A stretch of DNA of 64,000 nucleotides from Zygnema circumcarinatum SAG 698-1b (Eukaryota > Plantae > Zygnematophyceae). The stretch spans positions 3,038,001 to 3,102,000 of the forward strand of contig CM074811.1 in the NCBI GenBank assembly GCA_037447605.1, in the 5' to 3' direction. The notes beneath the pieces are model-generated. The model ran no database searches, was not told the DNA's origin, and saw nothing but the letters and a program-made list of their open reading frames with translations. Position numbers and translations under genes: made by a program. Position 1 is the first letter of the stretch. The number at the start of each line of letters is the position of its first letter. This document shows positions 11,697-24,800 of the stretch, one piece after another.

Positions 11697-12990
11697 GTGA
11701 AGGGTAGTGCTAAATTCACACCTTTATTCTCTAGACACAGGCCTTTTTTCGCCGGGCAGATTTTAAAATAGACAAAAAGGATTAAAAACAGAAAATGCTC
11801 TTGTCATATCTTTTTGGAATCGATACACACCTTTTTCCGTCGGACTGTCATACAAAGAGCACGTGGCAGATGGTGATTGGCTTCCTAAACCCTGAAAACC
11901 CTAAAAACACTAAAACCCTAAAGGGAGCCGAGGCTGGCGGGCCGGTCCAATCAAAATTTTGCGGAGATCTCGGGCCGAGGGACGCGCGCGTATGACGTGG
12001 CAAATTTTGATTGGTCCATGTTCTCAATGTACGAAATTTCGCCTTTCCTCGAAGCTGCGACGAGAGGGTGTTTGTACGGACACACAGAGCCGGCTTTGGA
12101 CGGACACGTGGGCGCGTGCCATTCGCTGGGACAGAGCCCGGCTGCAGATCGAACGGTGATCCGCCGTGGTGCGATCTGCGAGGGAATCGACAGCTGCGAT
12201 TCACCGCACGTGTGAAGGACGCACACACGCGAAACGATCTCGTGGCAAACGGATCGTCCGCTCCGAGCGGATTGTGAAATAAAATCTGCCCGTCGGAACA
12301 AGGTGTGTATCGATTCCAAAAAAGTCTGAAGAGAGCATTTTCTGTTTTTAATCCTTTTTTGGCTATTTTAAAATCTGCCCGGCGAAAAAGGGTCTGTGTC
12401 TAGACAAAAAGGTGTGAGTTCAGCACTACAGTAGGACCCCGTCATATTTTCCACCTGCATTTGGCAAATATCGGGCGAAAATATTGTATTTGGCAAATAT
12501 AAGGTCCGTGTTACCAATAGGCGAGCGGAATTATGTTAGAGTTCATGTAGGTCCGTACGTATCGTATCGTGTCGTTTTCTAGCATATCGTACCGCATCGT
12601 ATCGTATCGTTTAAATTTGAGCCCGTAACGGCTACTACAGCTCGTACGGCTAGTACGGATAATACCGTATCGGAGAGTATCGTATCGAATCCAAGAAGAA
12701 CGGGGAGAATAGCGAGCGCCTCTTACGGCGGCACGTGCGGGGAGATTAGGTGAGTTTTGCGTAAGCCCGTAACGGCTAGTACAGCTAGTACGGCTAGTAC
12801 GTTTAGTACGAATAGTACGGGTTTCAGGGTTTTTAGGGTTTTAGGGTTTTTAGGGTACGGATAGTACGAATAGTACGGCTAACACGAAGTTACCGTACAA
12901 AAAGGTGGTTTCGGCAAAATCGGGGCGAATTTCTTGGGGACGCACTTTTGAAGGTGGAAAATATGACGGGGGTCATACCTGTACCCCTTT
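11697..12990. mobile_element. Non-autonomous DNA transposon (MITE-like) with ~140-bp TIRs; superfamily not resolved; right TIR interrupted by another MITE
   Basis: 11702-11845 (gggtagtgctaaattcacacc...gatacacacctttttccgtcgg) is the inverted repeat of 12290-12428 plus ccc after 12983. Confidence 0.85.
12429..12981. mobile_element. Tc1/mariner-type (Stowaway-like) MITE with TA target duplication
   Basis: TA|cagtaggaccccgtcatatttttccacct ... aggtggaaaatatgacgggggtcatacctg|TA, about 30-bp imperfect TIRs. Confidence 0.8.
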
Positions 12991-13036
12991 ATAGAAGTAC
13001 GGTACTTTCGGTTTGTTAAGTCACAAATTTAGAGAT

Positions 13037-13340
13037 GGGGGAAATTTCATTGAACTCGCGATGGCAAGGCCATCAAATGTACATGGACAAAAGCAAAATG
13101 TGGAACCACGAGAGACTGGTCGCGAAGGACCAAAACACAATAAAACGAAGCTAGGAGCGGAAAACTACGCCTAGGCGCACAACGCAGCCCCTAGAAGCAG
13201 CCGCGAAGGTCACCGATGTGAGGCACAGCGCGAGGAGGGAGCGGCGGAAGTCCACCGACACGGTCACCAACAACTGCAGCACGCCGAAGAAGCGTAGAAG
13301 CGAGGCAACGCTGAAGGACGACGGAAATGCCGCTATCGAG
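13037..13340 (-). mobile_element. 5'-truncated 3' end of a CRE-like (RLE-clade) non-LTR retrotransposon
   Basis: Perfect 10-bp TSD atttagagat (13027-13036 and 13341-13350). The minus strand encodes ISVVLQRCLASTLLRRA, resembling the RLE C-terminal motif. The 3' UTR matches 26260-26410. Confidence 0.8.
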
Positions 13341-13427
13341 ATTTAGAGATTGTTCGATTTGTAGTACAAATCATCGCCATCGTGAGGTCAATGCCACATC
13401 CTTTCCCCACAAATTATGGTATCGAAC

Positions 13428-13572
13428 CCTGACCCCATGCCTCCATGACCCCCTGCCTCCATGACCCCCTGCCTCCATGACCCCATGCCTCCACGACCCC
13501 ATGCCTCCATGAACCCATGCCTCCATGACCCCATGCCTCCATGACCCCATCACCCCATGACCCCATGCCTCA
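13428..13572. repeat. 17-bp minisatellite (ccatgcctccatgaccc), about 8 copies
   Basis: Direct reading of the sequence. Confidence 0.9.
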
Positions 13573-14052
13573 CAGCACGTATGCCATATTAGTGCTTCGA
13601 AGTTCGAATGCCTCACCAACAACTACTGGAAGTAAATCCATGGCTTAAGAACATAAAAGAGAAAAAAAAGACAGTTTGCAAGCCAGAATATTTGAAGCTC
13701 CAGAAGAATAAAAAGCAAGAGGCGATGAGAGAGGAGGGGAGAGAGAAGAATGAGTTTGCAGCCAAGAATCGATACTTCACATTCGTATGCAGGCTGCCCG
13801 AAAACCCTTCTCTTTCCATCCCTTCCACCAACACAACCAACTTCTTTTCAAATTCCATTTTCTTCTTCCCTTTCTTTAGAATTTTTTTTTTTTTCTAAAA
13901 ACATTCCTGCGCTGGAAGAGCTATCTTCCCAATCCTCACTTAGCCAACAAGGTTGAAGTCTCTCGTCCCCGCAAAACCCCTTAACCCTAAACCCTAACAC
14001 CTAACCCTAATCCTAACCCTAATTCCCCACCTCCCCCTCCTCTCCCTCCCTT

Positions 14053-15251
14053 TTACAATGTGAATTTGTTCAAGTACTCCGGATCCCTCCTCGCCTTCTC
14101 TTGAAACCTCTTAAACCACCGATCCAAAATATCCGTCGGAACGATCAACTTATCTGCTTGAACCGTACAAAACGACATCATGTAATTGAACAAATTCTCT
14201 CCCACTTTCAAAGCCAATTCCTCCACCTTCGACTCCGCCCCCACATTCAGCATCGGAAGCGTCCCCAAATCCTCCACAGAAACCCCAATTTGGGCCGAAA
14301 TTAGGGTTTTATCTCCCGGATTGGGAGAGGGGTGGGAGGAGGGAGGGGGCCACAAGAGGGCCAAATTGGCAGAGGGGCAGCCGAGGTGTACGGCCCCTCT
14401 GTATTCGAAGGAGGAGCCCGGGGCTTGGACGTACACAGCGAGGGCTTTGGAGGGAGGGAGAGAGAGAGAGCTTAAGAGGAAGATGCACATCTCCTTTACT
14501 TGGTCGTAGGCTTCGCCTGGAAAAAACCCAGAAACCCGAAAGTTGAAAAAGCAAGAAATTTAGAAACCCAAGAATGCAAAAAGAAAGAAACCCAGAAACC
14601 CAAAAGTTGAAAAAGCAAGAAATTTAGAAACCCAAGAATGCAAAAAGAAGGAAACTCAAAAACCCAAAAACTAAAATGTAAGGAGCCGAAACTAAAACCT
14701 CAGAACCCAGAAACCCAGAGATGAGAAGAACACCGAAGTCTAAACAATGAAGAACCGAAAAAAATCGGAAATGGCAAAACCTTGAAAAGCTGTGAGTCCC
14801 CAAAACGAGAAATTGCCGAATTTTAAAAACACCGAGACCTAAGCCTGCAGAGATTTTGGAATTCGAATAGTATCTAAAGCTATCTACTCTAATGGTTTCC
14901 AAAAAAAACCATGAAAAAGTTGAACAGGTGAAGGGAAGCATATTCGAAACGGAAATACTGCCAGAATGAGAAAATCCTTTGGTATCGAACTCCCACACTC
15001 AGCTAAAACATAATCAAAAAAAAAGAAAATAAGGACAAAATGTAACACAAGAACTGCCTCTTCGACCTTTTCCTTTTTAAGAAAGAATGAAATTCGGCCC
15101 CATTCTTGCGTTGGTTTGTTCCCTCACCCACAAAGAAGTTCATGTCGAGGAGCCATCTGTGGTCGTCCACTTGCCGAAACTGGGAAGCGTCCAACGGAAA
15201 ACTGCGGTTCGGAAATATGACTCCGAACATTGGCGCTGGGCCGGCCGCCAA
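14053..15251 (-). CDS. OPI10/Hikeshi-like protein; exons 15251-15128 and 14516-14053
   Basis: MFGVIFPNRSFPLD...LDMNFFVG/EAYDQVKEMCIFLL...KVGENLFNYMMSF...DILDRWFKRFQEKARRDP matches the plant OPI10 homolog family. Splice phases agree. Confidence 0.88.
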
Positions 15252-17295
15252 GAGAGAAGAAGAAGTAGAAGAAGTGAAAGAAAAGGGGCTAAGTTTTTCG
15301 TTTTTCTTATTTTTTTATTTTCTATTTTTAAAGATTTTTTACGGGTAAAGAATAGGAGAAACTAATTTACGGGGAACTCGAAATTGCAGAAAACGTGATC
15401 GTTTTTCTTGTCTGGACGAGATTCTTGCCCAGGAGCTTCAGCCCCAATTGAGCCATTAGGCCCTCGGCCCTGAACCCTGAACCCTGAGATCTTACAGACG
15501 CCCAAAACCTAAATTGATTAGCTCACTTTAGGGAGTGCAGAATTGCAAATTGGAAATTTCTTTTTAAAACAGGAAAGGGTTACAGAATTCCAAAAATTTG
15601 CAAGCTCCTGCTTAGGAATGGGCATCACAAGCGTTACTTAGGTCCTGCCGATACACCAATAGCGGATCAACTTCCAGGTCTGCGGGTCTGGGTCCACTTG
15701 GAACCGTCTCGAGAACTCGAGATCAACTTCGAAGGCGTGCTGTAGCCAATCAGCGCCAGGCGATCGATCTTACATTTTGATGAAATCTGACCGTCCAATC
15801 CATCTCACGTGTGCGATGCAAATGATCCAACGGCTGTCCAAAGACCTTCGAGGCGTCCTTGTCGCTGCATGACTTGCCGACACGTCCATAGAAAATGAAA
15901 ATTTCTTGGGTTTTTCCTTGAAACTAGTTTCTAACTTTTCTTTGTTGTTTTTAGCAACTTTAGTTCCTGGTTTCGGTTCTGGTTTGTGTTTTTTGGTTTT
16001 CAGATTCCAGTTTTCGATTATTTGGAAGCTTCATCATCATCTCGCTCTCGTTTTCCTTCTCAGAATACGTGTTGACTTTATCGAGGTGGCGTGGTAATAC
16101 CTTTATTGCAGTATCCAGAGCCGTTTCTATGTCACACAACTGTCCTTCACAATTTTCTCTCCTTAAAAACAGTAAAGAAAACGATCACGATTTCCAGATC
16201 TAGTGAATGACGGTTTGCCTTCCTCACCCACATCCTTCACCAGTACTTATCACACTTCAGGTCTGAATAATGAAAGTAGAAGCTCTCAACCTTCAAATTC
16301 GTGAGAAGACGTGAACCGACTTTCGCTTCCGAAAGCTTGAAAACTAAAAGTTTGAAGCCCAATACTCCATCGTCCTATAATCCAATCCAAGAACTCAAAG
16401 TTTTGACTCCTCTCAACTCAGATAACTTGAAGAAACGGAGAAGAAGAATGAAGAAAGAAGAAGCATGTGTGGAGAATATCCAGGCAGAAGGAAAGTCGTG
16501 GAAACCATATCCTTTGGTCGTCTCTTCCAGAGATAAAAAGAACCCACGCGAGAAAATGAAGCATTTTCATCCCTTTTCCTTTCTGGGGGTGGAATGAGAA
16601 TAAATCATTCATTTTTTCACAGAAACCAGCACCTGATCCGTGGACACAATAAATTGAAATTTAATTTCAACATTTCTACAAGGAGTCCTCCGATTCTCCT
16701 CTTCTCTCTTTGTCCTACTCATCTCCACTTCTCTTCCTTCTCCTCTCTCTCTCTCTCTCTCTCTACCCTTTCCTCCATCTCTAACTCCTGATCTCAGTCT
16801 CCATTATTACCCCATAACGTGCTCTGCTGCTCTCACGCTCATCCCTCCCACCCTCCCTACCTCTCCCACTCCCCATCCCATCATCCTGGCCCCTACCCTT
16901 TTCTCCCTAACTCTCTCTCGCTCTGAACTGCTGAAAGCCCCTCCTACAGCTTTATTCTTTATTGAGACCATTCCACCCCCGCCCTCCCTAAGAGCAGGCT
17001 AAACCGCTCTCATCCCTACTTACACAACAAAAGCGAAATCCTTGCTCTCTCTACCTCTGCCCTTGTCTATGCGACGGAACAGGGCGGAGGACCGGAAAAG
17101 AAAGAAACAGGAAGGAACGGAACGGGGCAGTGTTCCCGAAGGTTCACATGGAACACGTTTGACTTGCTGCAACAGGACTACTCTTCAGAGCGTAGAACCA
17201 TTCTGTACAGGGCAGCTACAGAAGCTGCCATACCTTCTTTTCCGCTCTAAAGAATTAAAGGCAGCACTCTTTTCCAGCCTCCATAGCTCGCGCCT

Positions 17296-17326
<31 letters not shown>

Positions 17327-17613
17327 NNNNNNNNNNCCCCCCCCCCCCCCCCCCCCGGCCCTCCCCTTTGGGGGAAACAACAAGGCTTACATTTATTCCC
17401 TGGAAACCCTCAGCCTCCAACCCACCCATCCTCCCCACCTTCCGGGAAGTTTCCCTACAGAAGAGAATGCCGATCGCGGCAACCTTGTCGCCAAAATTTT
17501 CAAAGGAATGAAAATGAAATGTTGAAATTTCGACCTTTGCAGCTTTTGCTTGAATCCGTGCAAAGTTGCACTTTTTCATAGGAAGGTCAGATCTCGTTTG
17601 AAATAAGAACAAA

Positions 17614-19091
17614 TCATGCCGCCTTCCCCTTACACATCGACTCTTTGAGGGCATCCGCATAGGTCTCATGTTGATATTTCAATGTTACTTCCAACATTTC
17701 TCTTAAAGGAACCTTTGGAGCCCATCCTGTTAAAAAAACAGCAGAAGGCCAATAATCAATCTCAAGTGTGAACATACAGTCCCGAAATCAGTAGTGTGAA
17801 CACTCATAGAAACTGCTTTTCACCTTAAACCAGGTCGTCACACACTTTCGTTCCTGTACTGTGAAATGTTCACAGATAGTGAATATAGTAGTAATAGATA
17901 GGTAGACAGATAGCTATGATAATATATTTCATCGCGTAGGGAGATGTAGAGAGAACAAGAGAGAAAGAGAGAAAGAAAGAGAGAAAAAGAAAGAGAGTGA
18001 TAGGGGATATACAGCGACAGCACATATTTCTCATCCCTACATTACCATAGCAAAAACAGCCTATTCCTAGCACGGTTCATTTTGGGTGTTCATTTTGCAA
18101 TTACCAAAAGTGGAACTAAGAGAAACTTTTACCATACACCAGTTCCCTTCATTTCTGGAAGTCCACTCCTAGAAGTCTCTTCCTTTTACCCCTAGTTACC
18201 CCTAAAGCAGACCCTAAAGACTCCTGAAACCCTAAAGACAGGGAATGTGGAAGAATGAAAAATGTGAGGTTTAGGGAGAAAGCAACGACTTCCGATAAGG
18301 CTCGAGAATTCAAGCGTAAATAAGAGACTTACCGATCTTATTTTGAATTATGCTCATATCTGGAATACGCTTATCACTATCGTCGTAGCCCTCTCCATAG
18401 AAGTCCACAGACAAAATGTCAACGGTTGGTTGCGCCAATTTTGGCCTTCCAGTCACCTTCACGTAGACCTGTAGTAGAGAAGGAGAGGGAGAGGTGAGCA
18501 GAGCAAGAGAATGCTAAGACCAAGGGAGAGAGAGGGAGAGTGAGATGAAATCCTGTCAGTGAAAGCAGCAAGGAGAGCGTAGAGCTCGACGGCTACTACG
18601 AAGTTTGGAAAGGAAAGGAAACAAAGAGAGACGAAGAGGGAGAGGCGATATGAAGGTTGGGAAGAATGAAAATAAAGGGAGAGAATGACGGAGGGGGAGC
18701 AAGGGAGGGTAGATAGATGACGGGGTGAGAGGGATAAAGGGGGGGAAGGGGGAGCAGGGACAAAATGGGGCAGAAGGAGAGAGGGACAGGGGGAGGGAGG
18801 AGAGGGAGAGGTAGGTTAACTATTTAGGGGGTGACATTCCGCCTGTCTGAAGGGTTGAGAGATTTACGTCGGTCATCATCTCGGCGAGCTCCCTCACAGT
18901 CACTTCATTTAGAGGATTGCCCACATTGAATATTTGATTGTTTGCTCTTTCAGGGTTCTCCTGCAAAATCACAGCATCACAATATGACCCGAAGTCAGTC
19001 AATGAGACTTAAAAGTCCTTTGACGCTATGTGAGTGAGTGTGAGAGAGGGGGTGAGAGGGAGAGAGAGAGAGAGAAAAGGAGAGAGAGCGA

Positions 19092-19136
<45 letters not shown>

Positions 19137-19542
19137 AGCAAATGAATGTTGAGCTGCAGACACCTAAATGCATGGGACAATCTCAACAACTGGAAATTCC
19201 GGCACATGCTTGTTAGTCATGAAGCCCTGAAAATTATTTGAGCGAAGAAATCAGGAAAAAAAAAAGATCACAAAGTGCAGCTGGAAACATTCCTATACTC
19301 TGAGAGAAGTGACCTTCAGAATTGGACGAAACGACAAAATCAGATGAAGCTTACAATCATTAAAATAACGGCCCGAATTGCGTCCTTAATGTAGCAAAAG
19401 GTCCTTTGCGATTGTCCGCCATCCACCAGCTTCAAAGGCTCTCCCTTCATAAGGTTCTGCAAGAATACCACAAAATAGCGAAGGCATCACACTCATTACT
19501 TCATTAATACGAACTTCAACATCTTGGCGAGCGACTCGCTCC

Positions 19543-19588
<46 letters not shown>

Positions 19589-22266
19589 CTCTCCTCTGCA
19601 GAACACTTTACTTTGGACCTTATGAGAGGGAAGGGATAGGGAGAACAAGGACGGAGAGAGAGGAGTGGAGTGGAGAGACTAAGGGGTTCAAGTCAACCCT
19701 GCCACTAGGGAAGGAAAACAGAAGTGACAGCTTCAATCCAGTCATGCAAGCCAATTCACACAATGCCAAGTCAAGTCAAGTCAACTTACAGTACTAAAGC
19801 AAGCCAGTACGCGAGGTACTCCGTCACTGGGCCCATCGACTCCAGGAATAAAATCCATCCTGGGTCCGATCCAATTAAATGGACGCACAATGGTAAACTT
19901 CAATCCATTCTCAGCACCTTCACCTGTGCCCATAACTCCAGATAACAAATTACATACATCCCTCTTCACAAAAAAAAAACTTACTTTCCATGCACCTTAC
20001 TTTCGCAAATCCATCTTTAATTCCGCAAATTCCAGAGGAGAAGATCGGAGTTACACTCACCATATATTAAGCGCTCAATGAGCTGCTTTGCGCAGGCATA
20101 GGACCACCTCTGCTTCTCCACAGAGCCATAGATACAGGGGGACTCGTCTTCTTTCAAAACATAGTATGCAGGATCCTGCAAACCATAATAAGCACAAATA
20201 AAGTGTAAAGACAGGCATACATATGCAGTTGCATGACCCTGCAAGCAATGCTGATTCTGCTCGCCTCAGTAGTTTGATAGATAACAGTACCGGTTTAGTG
20301 GTTTTTTTATCATGGGTGGAACACCATGAGGGAGTTCAAGGGAGGGATTCAACATAAACACATTCCTGGCGGCAGGAGAGAAAGCAAAGGAAGACGAGGG
20401 AGAGGGAAAGAGATAGATACTTTTCCCTTCCCTTTGCTTTCAAGGGAGAAGGAGAGAAAACGAAGAGGGAAGAGGGAGAGGGAGATGAGGAAAATGAAAG
20501 GAAAGACGAGGGAGAGGGAAGAAAAGGGTGAGGAAAGGTTCAAGTGAGACATCTGTTGATTCAAGGTCTTCATACCTTCCTCAAGGGACTCTCCGCAGGC
20601 AAGAAATTTGCCATTGTCTTTCCGTACACCTCACAAGTTGAGAAATGCATCAAACGCTTCTTGTAATCAGAGCAATATCGAACCTGCGAAGGACCAAAAT
20701 ATGCACGATTAAATACATTTACTATACAAATATACACTTAAACCTTCTATAATGAAAGTAGATGGGAGTGTACCACAGGAATGGCGTCCACGAAGTTGCT
20801 GTAGATTGTGTCCAAAGGCCGCGTGTTGTAATCCGCGGGAGTGCAGATAGCAGCCAGATTTATAGTCTGTACAGATATTGCATCTTTAGTCAATTTACTC
20901 AATTTCAGAGAATGCCGAAAAAGCAAAAGAAAAAGCTTTACAAAAAAAGCTCATAGATCAACCAATTCTAGCAGCTGAAGCTGCTTGCTTGGACATACAC
21001 TAATCCCCCTCCAAATAACGTCTCCTTTGAAACCTCCACTCTTGGCCCTTAACCTATCGGATGTATTGCCGAGTGGTTAACCAAATCCTGTTTACTTCCA
21101 GAAATATGAAACCTCGAGCCCTTCCCGTCCTAGCAATACTAATTCTTCTACTTAACGCTTTACAGGGGCATACAAACAGTCAATGAAATCGGCAGCTCTC
21201 ATTCATCACATATTCCATTTTCAATTTTCTTTAGCCAGAAAATGGAATAAAGAATTGAACCTACAACTCGCATCGCCTAGATCACCATTTTGAAACAGTT
21301 TTAACCTTTATTGCTCCAACTCACTCTCTCACTCTGAAGGAGCATTAGTCCCTTCTCACACACACTGTCACTCCCTCACTCTGTTCTTCTTGCTGACTTT
21401 GCTGACTTCTGACATTCAATAACCCTAAACTGTGCCTTGTTCACTTGACATCTTGATGGTTTCTGGATCGACACCTTGATTCGACATTTTCAACCCTTCA
21501 GCCGCACCTCCTCTTGCAAAAACTCAGCTTAAATCCCTGCTCATTCACTCCTCCCCCCTCCCTCTCACGATTTTGCCATACTAAATTCGTTCAGCCCATG
21601 CTTTGGACGCCAGAATCTCCAAAGACTTAAAAGTTCTGCTCGATTGCACACGTCTAGGACCTCCAACTACTCTCTCCCACAAAAGCTCCACCACTCGACA
21701 TGTCAATGGACACTCTGCAACGAGTCTGCTTCCCAGTCAGTCGCTCCACCAGACTTCCCACACCCACAAATCCTTATCCTGCTTGCCATAAACATCAACC
21801 ATACCTAAGCTCCTCCCTTGCCTGTAAACAGCGCTTGCTAGTCTTGTTAAAGAATAAGACTATGAATCAATACACAACAGCAGCAGTATCAATATCAATT
21901 TTAAGTAGAATCAAGCACCAATCAGCCCCTTCTGTTGACATCTGTCATATTGCTGCTACTGCTAAGCAAGGCAGAAGCAGTTTGAATACATACCAGATCG
22001 CACTTCTTGACGAGCTCATCCAGCCCTGCATCATGCTTAATGTTCGCCCTGAAAAACTCGATGCGGTCCGCCCAGGCCTCGCCGTCCTGCAGCAGATGGT
22101 CGATCTTGTCGCTGTACAGGTCCACCGCAATCACAGAGTGCGCCGTCTCCCACATGAGAGCCTCGCACAGGTGCGACCCAATGAAGCCTCCTGCTCCAAT
22201 AATGAGAATTTTCATGGGAGCCACCGCCCTTCCATCCAAGTCTAACCTCACGTCCATGTTCACCAT
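17614..22266 (-). CDS. AXS: UDP-D-apiose/UDP-D-xylose synthase, 388 aa, 9 exons: 22266-21994, 20866-20774, 20683-20576, 20175-20061, 19923-19790, 19456-19355, 18960-18868, 18468-18333, 17726-17614
   Basis: GAGGFIGSHLCE, INLAAICTPADYNTRPLDTIYSNF, FSTCEVYGK, QRWSYACAKQLIER, RPFNWIGPRMDFIPGVDGPSDGVPRVLACF. All junctions are GT-AG and in phase, total 1167 nt. Confidence 0.96.
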
Positions 22267-22655
22267 CCTGCCTCCCGCCTTCCAAACTCTCACTCTCCCT
22301 CTCTCTCTCTCTCTCGCTCTCTCTCTCTCCCACTTCCCTCCACTCTCTCTCGCTTTCTCTTTTGTCACTTTTACCCTCTCTTTCTCTCTCTCTACCACTC
22401 ACTGTAATCCCTACTTAATATAACTTTTCAAGGCCTGTCTACCTCCCTCCCTCCTCTCTCGCCCTCTCTCCGTCCCTCCCGGTAGGTCAGCAGGTGCCTG
22501 TTCGTCCCTTCCGACCGCTCCCTCTCCCTCCCTCTCGCCCACTCTCCCTCTTCTCTCCCTCTTCAAAGCACCAGCTGGCCCTTAGGCCTTCCAACGCGGA
22601 CCAATTTTTAAATTACTTTTCCCAAAATTCGTTAAATTATTCTCCATCGCGGAAA

Positions 22656-22722
22656 CACGTGGTGAGCGTACCGGCGCCGCCATTACCACGTGGCGACTTT
22701 CCAGTGGGTGACGTTCCACGTG
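22656..22722. promoter_or_regulatory. Three G-boxes (CACGTG) about 400 bp upstream of the AXS ATG
   Basis: CACGTG at 22656, 22687 and 22717. Confidence 0.4.
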
Positions 22723-24800
22723 GCTGCTTCCTAGTGGCCGTCCTCGGCCGGCGGAACGAAGCGCGGTCAGCTCTGACAGGGCGCGGAACGAAGAGGCGGT
22801 TGGCGGCCGGCAGGGAGCTTGCCACGTTACAGGACTGTATGACGTCCGTATGACGTCCGTACGATGATTTTAGGCCGTCAGAACCTTTGGGATGGGGGCT
22901 TGCGACGTCGCAGGGACCATGCGACGAAGGCGATTGGTCGCCGACGGCAGTTGCGAAGCGCGCCGACGCAAGTGGGCCCGCAAAAATATTGACGATTTTC
23001 TGTTTTGGGTCGGCGGTCAAAATTAGGGTTGTTGCAGAGCTGGCAGGTTAAATGGATTTTAGGGTTTAAATGGCGAGAAAGAAAGGCTCTGATTGGTCGA
23101 GCGAATTTTGGAGGGTCCGATTCGGTCGGTAGTTGAGCCACGCGAGTGCCGTCCTTGTCGCCGGCTGCTTCGCGGCGGTCATCGTGACGTGACAATAGAG
23201 GGAACCAATGAAAACTCAGAATCGGTCTGCCCGGAAAATGGGGCAGTGCATAATGAATGGATTCGGTGGACCGTACTGGAAATTAGGAAAGCTGCGGCGG
23301 CGGCAGCGCCGAGAACCGTCCGATTGAAACATAGGATTCATCTGAGCCGTCGGATGACATTAGGCGCTCGAGATTTGAAGTGTGCGCTTAGAATGGCCCT
23401 TTCCAAAAAGCTCCTCAATTTTTGGTTCAAATAATGTCGAGTGCCGAAATTCTGTAAGGCCGGGGCCGCCATAAAATTGCGATTAAGGAAATGCATCGCC
23501 CTTGGTAAAGTTACACCACTGTTCTGGAAAAAAATCTGTACGATGACAGGAAAAGACAAAGCAGTAGCTTCTGAGTTAAAGTTAATACTCTGTCAGTTGT
23601 ATCATGTATGGTACCACAAAACGACAATGAAACTGGAATTTTGTAAAGTTTTAGCACACGAAACGACAAATGGCTTGTACAGGTGTCCGAACCTGAATCC
23701 CAGCGCCACCACGTGTCAGCCTCTGACACCAGAAAATGATCTTCCTGGATTCGGTCGTAAACGCTCGCCCCTAATTGGCCATGGAAGATCTTCTGCCGAC
23801 ATCACCGACACGATCTGGCGGCTGGGCAAGGAGACCCGCGAATTGGCGCACGCCACGTAACAGAACAAAACATTGAACAACTTGATGACCTCTGACAGCG
23901 CGTCGTCGCACGAGGGAAGGTCGTTAAGGGCCGATTTTTGTCCATACAGGTGTACGGTACCGGAGGGAACCGAGTCAACCGACTTCCGGGCACTTGTGGA
24001 ACCGGACCGTACATGACATGGAAATTGACAGTCGTCGCCTAGTTCCAGCTCAAGTTTTAGTGTGGTTTAAACTCCAGTTGAAGTTACTGTTTTACTGTTT
24101 TTACTGCTACTGTTTTGCAGCAGTTGCAGCAGCCGTTGCAGTTGCACTTCGAGGTGACCAAATTTGAAGTCGTAGTTCCGCATCCAGTCCCAGTTCTTGT
24201 TTGAGTGTCGTATGTTGCTGAAAACAGAATAAGGTACATGCGGGACAACATGTTCTGAGTCTTGTTGAGCGGTGTGCCCGTAACTAGATAAGAGCCACCA
24301 CCACTGCACGCAGTGCTAGCAATCTCTCTCTTTGTTCGCATGGAAACTGCTCCGAATTTTAACGATATTTTTCAAAGCGCTTCCAAGGCGCCACGTGGCC
24401 CCGCTCCCATTTTTACCGTCGGAACTAGGGATGGCTTAATTACGACTATATAATATATATTATATAACTGTGACGACTAGATAACGGCTGTTATATATTA
24501 CTTTACAACGCCTTTACAACATGTACGGTTGGACGGTCGTACGGTCCTACTGTACGGTATTATGCGGTACAAATGTACGGTCGTGCCCGTGCCTGCCTCT
24601 CGGCGGCGAGCCCGAGCACGAGCAGACAGAGTGAACCAGACGGACGCATTTCGCAACGCCAACGCCAACGCCAAAACGACCTAATTTTGGTATGATACGA
24701 CCGTACGAGTACGGTCGCACGGTCGTTAATTGTTCAAAACGAGTGGGTATAATATATGTAATAAAGTGCTTTACTTTGTACTATATTACTACTTTTAAAC

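Noticed and set aside
11705-12428. CACTA superfamily assignment
   Set aside because: The termini read TAGTG...CACTA, the opposite orientation to CACTA...TAGTG, and are extended by further shared bases. No 3-bp TSD was found.
13608-13960. Short ORFs downstream of the OPI10-like gene
   Set aside because: No recognisable homology; composition is consistent with 3' UTR or intergenic DNA.
24084-24341. Small Cys-rich ORF (CNCNGCCNCC)
   Set aside because: It derives from a gttgca/actg short-repeat patch, with no recognisable motif or supporting splice structure.
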